From positions 30,001-62,000 of the forward strand of contig CAZMGY010000015.1 in assembly GCA_964565945.1 (NCBI GenBank): 32,000 nucleotides of DNA. Reading direction: 5' to 3'. How positions within the stretch are numbered: position 1 is the first letter of the stretch; every line of letters starts with the position of its first letter. This DNA comes from an uncultured bacterium (GTDB lineage: Bacteria > GCA-001730085). Made by a program: the position numbers and the translations under genes. The notes under the pieces were generated by a model that worked only from the letters and a program-made list of their open reading frames with translations, was not told where the DNA came from and made no database searches. Positions 26,492 to 32,000 of the stretch are shown here, in pieces.

Positions 26492-28027
26492 TTAGGATCT
26501 CCTTTTATTGCTATTCATAACAATCGTAAAGCCAGTGTATTTCTGAGGAACCAAATTATAATTTCTTTGCGCAGTATCCTTCAATATCACTGCGGGCAAT
26601 TTTTTCCGATAATCTTTTAAATCTTCGATGGACTTTTTCACCTTATTGATCAAAAGAATATCTTCAACGGAATCTCCAGTGTAAACGGCGCCATGAAGCT
26701 CCAAGTTCTTTTTATTATTCCTATCTCTAAAAAAACGAAATTTCTCCACCCATATTTTCTCTTGCTCAACAAAAGGAGTTAGGATCTGATTCATCAAATC
26801 TCCCATATAAATTCTACGATACTCAAAAGGTCGCAAGAATTTTTTTAGCAAAGCCACTTCTTTCTTTTGTTTTTTTAAATCATCCAAACTTAAGTAACCT
26901 AATGACCCTATCTGCTCGGTCCTTTGTTTGATCTTTTTATCGAGTTTGCGACCTTTTAAGTAGAAATTCCCTAAAATTAAACCCAAAATAATTGCCATCA
27001 AAACTCCACCACGCACAGCCATCAAACCTACAGGAAAGGGCTGAAACACTCTTCCACCCATCGCAGAGGTATCTTTAAGCAAATTCACATCAATACGAGG
27101 CCAAAAAATTTCGGCCAAAGCGGCTCCTAAACTAACACCATCTGTGGCTTCGATATCAAGGGCCTCAGAAAAATTAGCCCCACGAACAGACGCAGCAAAA
27201 TTTTCTTCAAAAAAATCATCCCACTTGTACAAAGATATGCCATCTAACAGAATAACATTCTGAATAGGAACATTTGACAAAGCACTATTAAAAAGCTTAA
27301 CACTTAGAAAAACTTCATTAAAAAATTTTTCATCCACATCATTTTCCGAACTGACCACAGAAATGTCCCGTGCCACAACTGGAGATCCCTTATAGACAAG
27401 AAGCATATCGGCCAAGCAACGAATCCTCTCACGACCAAAAAACTTCTTTTTCACAGACATAATCAAGGTTGGTTGATCTTCGTCAATTAAATTGCTATGA
27501 AGACACGCCCTCACCATAGATAAAAACACAGAGCCAAGCTTGAAACACGAAATGCCTGCTAAGTTCAAGATAGAAATATAACGCGAGATCGTGGCAGGTT
27601 TCGCGCAAACAAATAAGATATCCATTTCTTCAGTTTCTTCGTCGGGATTAAGAACCACAAAATCAATGCTAATTTCTTCAATGCGAAAAGGAACATACTT
27701 CTGCCCTTCAAAGCGAACAGCCTGAAACCACTCCTTTTTAGAATGTAGGCGAGGCATCGAAAAGGTTCTCACCACCACATCCTGAGTCGGTAAATTTAAA
27801 ATAACATTGTTGCGAGGAATCTTGTTCTCGGTGAACAGATCTTCAAGAGCATTGCGAATAATTTCATTTTGGTCGACAACATCAATATCTTGAATTGCAA
27901 TCTTCCGCTGCACAACTTTTTCAATCACCGTGTTGCGCATATCTTTTTTGGCAATAGCAACTTCGACAAAATCTCGATTAATATAAAGACCAACAAACTT
28001 CTTTGGTATCAAAAAGTTCAGGTCCAT
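26492..28027 (-). CDS. PilM-PilN fusion (GspL-like architecture) assembly protein
   Basis: The N-terminal ~330 aa are PilM/actin-like (FEGQKYVPFRIEEISIDFVVLNP). One TM follows (LMAVRGGVLMAIILGLILGNFYL), then a PilN-like periplasmic region. I chose the ATG at 28027, which has GGGGA 7 nt upstream. The track start is 28033. Confidence 0.7.
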   Translation of the reverse strand: MDLNFLIPKKFVGLYINRDFVEVAIAKKDMRNTVIEKVVQRKIAIQDIDVVDQNEIIRNALEDLFTENKIPRNNVILNLPTQDVVVRTFSMPRLHSKKEWFQAVRFEGQKYVPFRIEEISIDFVVLNPDEETEEMDILFVCAKPATISRYISILNLAGISCFKLGSVFLSMVRACLHSNLIDEDQPTLIMSVKKKFFGRERIRCLADMLLVYKGSPVVARDISVVSSENDVDEKFFNEVFLSVKLFNSALSNVPIQNVILLDGISLYKWDDFFEENFAASVRGANFSEALDIEATDGVSLGAALAEIFWPRIDVNLLKDTSAMGGRVFQPFPVGLMAVRGGVLMAIILGLILGNFYLKGRKLDKKIKQRTEQIGSLGYLSLDDLKKQKKEVALLKKFLRPFEYRRIYMGDLMNQILTPFVEQEKIWVEKFRFFRDRNNKKNLELHGAVYTGDSVEDILLINKVKKSIEDLKDYRKKLPAVILKDTAQRNYNLVPQKYTGFTIVMNSNKRRS

Positions 28028-28067
28028 ACCCATATCCCCAAATTACACACACTTTATGGCATCTACT

Positions 28068-28096
28068 AAAAAAGACCTTGTCCACACTGCAAGGCC
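28068..28096 (-). terminator. Rho-independent terminator after the TpsB gene
   Basis: Minus strand reads GGCCTTG-cagtgtgga-CAAGGTC followed by TTTTTT. The stem is 7 bp (one G-U pair), extendable to 9. It lies ~34 nt after the TAA at 28131. The plus strand also has a T5 run after the stem, so it looks bidirectional. Confidence 0.55.
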
Positions 28097-28130
28097 CTTT
28101 TTGAACTTATAGATATCCTGACAACTACCT

Positions 28131-29888
28131 TTAGAATAATTCCGTTTGGATCGAAAAGTGAACCTTAGAATCTTCAAATTTTCTATCTGCTTCATCGATA
28201 GGAAACCCTACTTCCAAACGTGCATACATGTTTTTATAGAGTTTAAAGCGCAAACCAACACCCACACTTTTGAACTCATCTCTTTGAAATTCATTCAGTT
28301 GCTGCTCATTAGTATGACCAATACCATAATCCACAAATCCCATCAATTGTACACTTTCTTTCAAAGTACGATCGGCAAAAGGAATCTTAGCATTAGGAAA
28401 CAATGGAGTTGGCGTATAAAGTTCCAAAGACACATGTCCACCAGTATCCCCACGGAAAGTACTTTCTTCAAATCCACGAACTGCATTAAAACCATTCAAA
28501 GAGATTTGCTCAGCCGTAACCAAGTTATCAGGAGAGTACTGCGCATTACCTTTAACTCTAACAAAGGTGAAGTCCCATGGCAACCTGTAAGAGTAGTCAA
28601 ACGAAGCACGATATTTCTCAAAACCAGCCTCAGAACCTGTTCGAGAGAACTCGCGATGATCTTTGGCACCTGAGCCTAAGAAATCAGGAATACCCAAATC
28701 AACACCCACACGAGCCACCGCATGATCACGTGTTCCACGATGAACAAAATCAAACTCAGTCAAGAAAACCGTTATATCATCGTGAGCTGTTTGGGATCCA
28801 GGCGCACGCACTTTAGTGTCGGTAACACGCAATCCCAAACGTCCATTGATATCGGTTTTTTCACCACCCATAAGTTGACGCTGCAAGAAAACCATCGCGG
28901 TCTTAGATCTAGCCTCAATACCGAAGGGTTTATGCGTGCCTCCCACATCAACCTCAGAGTAGCTTGATACAATTCCCAGTTTTGTACGATGATCATTAAT
29001 AGGCACAAGGTACATGGTCGAAGCACCCCAAACACCCTTACCAACTATACCAGAAACAACAATCTGATCATCAAAACCAAACAGGTTGCTACGACGCCAA
29101 TTCAATGAATAACGCTCTTTACCTGTAAGCTCGGTTCCCATGCGGTTGAAGCCAATGCTAATACTCGACAAGGAATCTTCCTCAACATGCATAACAACAT
29201 CCGAAAACCCTTTTTCTTCGCCTGGCTTCAAGCTCACAGAAACAGTTCGATCGGGATGACTGTTAAGCTCACGGACAATCCCCTTAAGCAAAGTGTAATC
29301 CAAAATTTCACCTTGAAGGCGCTTCTCGATATCTACCCTAAAGATGTTTTCACCAAAACGTTCGTTACCAACAACAATCACATCACCAACTTTACCTTCC
29401 ACAACAAGTATCTCAACATACCCTTCTGTGATATCTTGCTCGGGAATATAGGCATGTGATGTCACATAACCTTTATCGGCATAAAGGCCCGAAATCTCTT
29501 CGGCAATGCTATGTAACTGATCTAGCGTAAGTTCTTGCCCCTCATAACTCATAGTAATCGCCAAGACTTTTTCGTAATTGATAGACTCAACACCCGTTAC
29601 AGAAATCTTATTAACCATAACTTTGTAGCCTTTATCAATAGGCGAGACTTCTTCTTCCATCACCATCTTTTCCGATACCTCAACACCCTCGCCTTCAAAG
29701 GCAACTTCGGGCTCATCGATTTCGGTTCCAGTATAGTCACTTTCGATAAATTCAATTGTTTGATCAATATCATCTGAAGCAATTGAAATCTCTTGTCCAC
29801 CCACTTCAAGATTATCCGCCATAGCGGATGTAACAAACGACATCATAATGCCCAACACAACAACGGAATATACGGCACGTCTCATCAT
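28131..29888 (-). CDS. TpsB-type (ShlB/FhaC/HecB family) two-partner-secretion outer-membrane transporter
   Basis: The signal peptide is MMRRAVYSVVVLGIMMSFVTSAMA. An acidic linker follows. The POTRA_2-type block is INKISVTGVESINYEKVL...LYADKGYVTSHAYIPEQDITEGYVEILVVEGKVGDVIVVGN. The C-terminus is a ShlB-type beta-barrel ending in F. I moved the start to the ATG at 29888, which has AAGGAAGGG 7 nt upstream. Confidence 0.85.
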   Translation of the reverse strand: MMRRAVYSVVVLGIMMSFVTSAMADNLEVGGQEISIASDDIDQTIEFIESDYTGTEIDEPEVAFEGEGVEVSEKMVMEEEVSPIDKGYKVMVNKISVTGVESINYEKVLAITMSYEGQELTLDQLHSIAEEISGLYADKGYVTSHAYIPEQDITEGYVEILVVEGKVGDVIVVGNERFGENIFRVDIEKRLQGEILDYTLLKGIVRELNSHPDRTVSVSLKPGEEKGFSDVVMHVEEDSLSSISIGFNRMGTELTGKERYSLNWRRSNLFGFDDQIVVSGIVGKGVWGASTMYLVPINDHRTKLGIVSSYSEVDVGGTHKPFGIEARSKTAMVFLQRQLMGGEKTDINGRLGLRVTDTKVRAPGSQTAHDDITVFLTEFDFVHRGTRDHAVARVGVDLGIPDFLGSGAKDHREFSRTGSEAGFEKYRASFDYSYRLPWDFTFVRVKGNAQYSPDNLVTAEQISLNGFNAVRGFEESTFRGDTGGHVSLELYTPTPLFPNAKIPFADRTLKESVQLMGFVDYGIGHTNEQQLNEFQRDEFKSVGVGLRFKLYKNMYARLEVGFPIDEADRKFEDSKVHFSIQTELF

Positions 29889-29964
29889 CAACAAACCCTT
29901 CCTTGACATACTTTTTTTAAAGATTGACACACACACATAAAAACACCCTCTCGTTACGAAGTGC

Positions 29965-30008
29965 ATTGTAGTTCACCTTTTTCAAGTTGTAAATATTTTT
30001 TTTACAAC
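29965..30008 (-). promoter_or_regulatory. Proximal promoter P1 plus palindrome (repeat copy 1) upstream of tpsB
   Basis: Minus strand reads TTTACA (29993-29988), 17 nt, then TACAAT (29970-29965). The -35 box is one arm of the inverted repeat GTTGTAAA-N7-TTTACAAC (29986-30008). Confidence 0.5.
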
Positions 30009-30086
30009 CAAGAATCACTCTAATTATATAAACTATTTTTATTTTCCCCCACACACATAAAAACACCCCCCCTCGTTACAGAGCGC

Positions 30087-30130
30087 ATTGTAGTTCACCT
30101 TTTTCAAGTTGTAAATATTTTTTTTACAAC
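30087..30130 (-). promoter_or_regulatory. Distal promoter P2 plus palindrome (repeat copy 2)
   Basis: It has the same TTTACA-17-TACAAT arrangement (30115-30110 and 30092-30087) and the same GTTGTAAA-N7-TTTACAAC palindrome (30108-30130). Confidence 0.45.
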
Positions 30131-30176
30131 CAAGAATCACTCTAATATATAAACTATTTTTATTTTTTTCTTTCCC

Positions 30177-30770
30177 CTAAGTAGCAACAATCCACTCTCC
30201 TTGACTAAAAATAATACGTAACCATTTGTCTCTAACACGAATCACTCGCTCTTCTTTATTCTTATAACTTCGATGCCATTGACCATGGACAAGATCTTGA
30301 CGAGTACCTTCTATCAAATCAACTTTAGAATCAATAATTTGATCAAAATCATGGTCTAACTCCATAAAAACAGATTGACCCTTGTCATTAAAATAAGTCA
30401 TCCAAGAACGATCCATAAAACCATCATGATCATCATCTTTGCTACTTCGCGTGGTATGATTCGGAAAAAACTCCTCACGCAACTCCACCTGACCATCAGC
30501 GTTGTTATCGTACTCTGTCATGAAGATATCACCCTTTTCATTATAATGTAAGAGAAGATCAACAACACCATCACGGTCACGATCAACATCTTCCCTCACA
30601 ACACGATGGCGTGCCACGTAAAGGGTTTTGTCAACAAGGCCATCGGCATCATAATCAAATGTTTTGATATACACATGCGACGAACACGCCGGCAGAGCCA
30701 GGGCTAAATAGATAAGGCCACTTATTCCTAAGCTAATCCTCAAATTAAGCGTCGCATTTCTCCAGTTCAA
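30177..30770 (-). CDS. Lipoprotein with five DxDxDG-type calcium-binding loop motifs
   Basis: The lipobox is LALALPAC followed by SS. Five spaced motifs are present: DYDADGLVD, DRDRDGVVD, DNNADGQVE, DDDHDGFMD, DHDFDQIID. The TTG start at 30770 has GAGGA 8 nt upstream and overlaps the purS 3' end. A TTG at 30743 is the alternative. Confidence 0.6.
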   Translation of the reverse strand: MNWRNATLNLRISLGISGLIYLALALPACSSHVYIKTFDYDADGLVDKTLYVARHRVVREDVDRDRDGVVDLLLHYNEKGDIFMTEYDNNADGQVELREEFFPNHTTRSSKDDDHDGFMDRSWMTYFNDKGQSVFMELDHDFDQIIDSKVDLIEGTRQDLVHGQWHRSYKNKEERVIRVRDKWLRIIFSQGEWIVAT

Positions 30771-31002
30771 GACGGTAGTCCTCTATGACAGGATTAACCA
30801 ATAACTTTTCACACATACCCTGTACCGCTTTGCGAACATCTTCTTCCGAACCATCTTGTTCAATTTTAAGATCCAAATACTTTCCAACCCTCACATCTTC
30901 AACCTGTTGATAGCCTAAAGAGTCTAAGGCACGCTTAATAGTCATTCCTTGCGGATCCGCCACACTTTTTTTCAAATACACATAAATTTGAACACGGTAC
31001 AC
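30745..31002 (-). CDS. purS: Phosphoribosylformylglycinamidine synthase subunit PurS
   Basis: 85 aa. VQIYVYLKKSVADPQGMTIKRALDSLGYQQVEDVRVGKYLDL is the PurS pattern (lK.gV.DPqG..i..aL..lG...v..vr.GK). It is adjacent to purC. Confidence 0.85.
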   Translation of the reverse strand: MYRVQIYVYLKKSVADPQGMTIKRALDSLGYQQVEDVRVGKYLDLKIEQDGSEEDVRKAVQGMCEKLLVNPVIEDYRLELEKCDA

Positions 31003-31020
31003 GGTTTTAACCTCCTCGCC

Positions 31021-31905
31021 TTAAGCTTTCAAACGATCAACAATTTCTTGATAGCCTTGCATGGTTTTGGCCATAATTTTCGATGGCAATTCGGGTCCTG
31101 GTGGAGTTTTATCCCAATCCAACGTTTCCAAGTAATCACGAATAATTTGCTTATCAAAACTTTTATTGTCCTCACCAACAACATATTTATCTACATCCCA
31201 AAAACGAGATGAATCTGGAGTGAGAACTTCATCAATTAAAATCACTTGATCGTCACAAAGACCAAACTCAAATTTAGTATCACACAAAATAATTCCTCGC
31301 TCACGTGCATAATTGGAAGCTTTTTGATAAATCATTAGCGATTTTTGCTTAAGCTCTTCCGCAAGCTCTCGACCAACAATATCGACAACACGCTCAAAAG
31401 AAATATTCTCATCGTGTCTTTCCATCGCCTTGGTCGACGGCGTAAACAAAGGTACTTCCAATTTTTGTGACTTTTGCAAACCCTCGGGAAGCACAATCCC
31501 ACACACAGAACCATCACGCATATACTCTTTCCAACCTGATCCCGTAATATAACCACGAACAATGCACTCTATTTCCAAAAGCTTAGCTTTTTTCACCCAC
31601 ATCGAACGCCCCTCAAGCTGATCGCGATAGGCCTGCAAAAAATCTGGATATTCATCAACATTGTTCGAAATCAAATGATGCGGACAATCACCTTCAAGTA
31701 AATTAAACCAAAACAGCGAACTATCGGTTAACACCTTACCTTTACCTGGTAAGCCGTTGGGCAAAACAACATCAAACGCCGAAATACGGTCGGTAGCCAC
31801 AATCAAAAGACTATCATCCATGTCGTACACATCACGGACTTTTCCTCGATGAAACAGCTTCAGCTCAGGTATATGAGTCTCTGTAACACATATTTGGGTC
31901 GACAT
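31021..31905 (-). CDS. purC: Phosphoribosylaminoimidazole-succinocarboxamide (SAICAR) synthase
   Basis: LFHRGKVRDVYDMDDSLLIVATDRISAFDVVLPNGLPGKG and LCDTKFEFG are SAICAR synthetase hallmarks. I chose the ATG at 31905 (MSTQ). The track begins at a TTG at 31914. Confidence 0.9.
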   Translation of the reverse strand: MSTQICVTETHIPELKLFHRGKVRDVYDMDDSLLIVATDRISAFDVVLPNGLPGKGKVLTDSSLFWFNLLEGDCPHHLISNNVDEYPDFLQAYRDQLEGRSMWVKKAKLLEIECIVRGYITGSGWKEYMRDGSVCGIVLPEGLQKSQKLEVPLFTPSTKAMERHDENISFERVVDIVGRELAEELKQKSLMIYQKASNYARERGIILCDTKFEFGLCDDQVILIDEVLTPDSSRFWDVDKYVVGEDNKSFDKQIIRDYLETLDWDKTPPGPELPSKIMAKTMQGYQEIVDRLKA

Positions 31906-32000
31906 ACACCCCAACTCCCTCTAGGTCTAAACAAAAATTCTCTCGTAAATTTTATCTTCATTTCGCAACAAACGCTTCATGTCAAAGCATTGGTTCACTT

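Larger units (their letters stand above)
29930..30166. repeat. Tandem direct duplication, two copies, period ~120-122 bp
   Basis: Copy 1 is 29930-30045 and copy 2 is 30050-30166. A 59-bp core (29964-30022 and 30086-30144) is identical. About eight differences lie outside the core (tc vs cccc, gaagtg vs agagcg, a 1-nt indel). Confidence 0.95.

Noticed and set aside
28146-29777. Several plus-strand ORFs (175, 79, 81, 90 and 80 aa) inside the TpsB locus
   Set aside because: All are antisense shadow frames of a strongly supported 585-aa beta-barrel gene. Their translations are low-complexity and lack motifs. The same reasoning applies to the other short antisense ORFs in the track, for example 82-471, 417-602, 679-909, 2189-2389, 4553-4849, 5813-6139, 21606-21962 and 24370-24678.
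29889-29966. N-terminal extension of the TpsB ORF in the track (MHFVTRGCFYVCVSIFKKSMSRKGLL...)
   Set aside because: The ATG at 29966 overlaps the predicted -10 box (TACAAT, 29965-29970) and lies inside the duplicated intergenic repeat. The extension has no signal-peptide character. The ATG at 29888 has a strong AAGGAAGGG Shine-Dalgarno and starts a textbook signal peptide.
29930-30166. Direct repeats considered as a CRISPR array or a MITE pair
   Set aside because: There are only two adjacent copies with no unique spacers. The unit is ~120 bp, far longer than CRISPR repeats. No cas genes are present. There are no terminal inverted repeats or target duplications typical of MITEs.
30177-30770. 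Upstream lipoprotein considered as the missing TpsA substrate of the TpsB transporter
   Set aside because: It is only 197 aa, has a lipobox rather than a TPS secretion domain, and has no NPNL/NPNG-type motifs or beta-helical repeats.
1-32000. Scan for tRNA, rRNA, tmRNA, integrase or prophage genes, toxin-antitoxin pairs and defence-system signatures
   Set aside because: By eye I found no cloverleaf-type sequence (no GGTTCGAATCC-like T-arm in an intergenic position), no rRNA-like stretch, and no integrase, restriction, Cas or abortive-infection motifs in any supported ORF. The only mobile DNA is the IS3 remnant.

Overview
This is a 32-kb chromosomal segment from a diderm (Gram-negative-type) bacterium with moderately low GC. 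I cannot assign a phylum from the sequence alone. All supported genes are on the minus strand except an MscS-like channel and a TetR regulator. No rRNA, tRNA or CRISPR array was seen. Gene order along the minus strand, from high to low coordinates:
- purC and purS.
- A lipoprotein with five DxDxDG calcium-loop motifs.
- A 288-bp intergenic region that is mostly a tandem duplication (period ~120-122 bp) of a promoter plus palindrome module.
- An orphan TpsB (ShlB/FhaC-type) outer-membrane transporter followed by its own intrinsic terminator.
- A ten-gene type II secretion / type IV pilus-like cluster: PilM-PilN fusion, PilO/GspM-like, PilP/GspB-like, secretin fused to three C-terminal TPRs, an ATPase with an MshEN c-di-GMP-type motif, a platform protein, a major pseudopilin and three minor pseudopilins. 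An internally deleted IS3-family remnant sits inside the pseudopilin block.
- A dcw fragment, murF-mraY-murD-ftsW-murG.
- A TetR gene divergent from gshA-gshB. The two share a perfect 16-bp palindrome whose half-sites are the two -35 boxes.
- A tightly packed five-gene unit: DUF1858-IscA fusion, a U32 protein with the Fe-S cysteine motif, a cysteine-less U32 paralog, and a heterodimeric ABC exporter with one degenerate ATP site.
- An MscS-like channel on the plus strand, a ferritin-like protein, and the 5' end of a SulP permease.
The most unusual region is 17.7-30.2 kb, which holds the non-canonical secretion/pilus cluster, the orphan TpsB and the duplicated promoter. All functional calls come from reading motifs by eye. 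No database search was possible.
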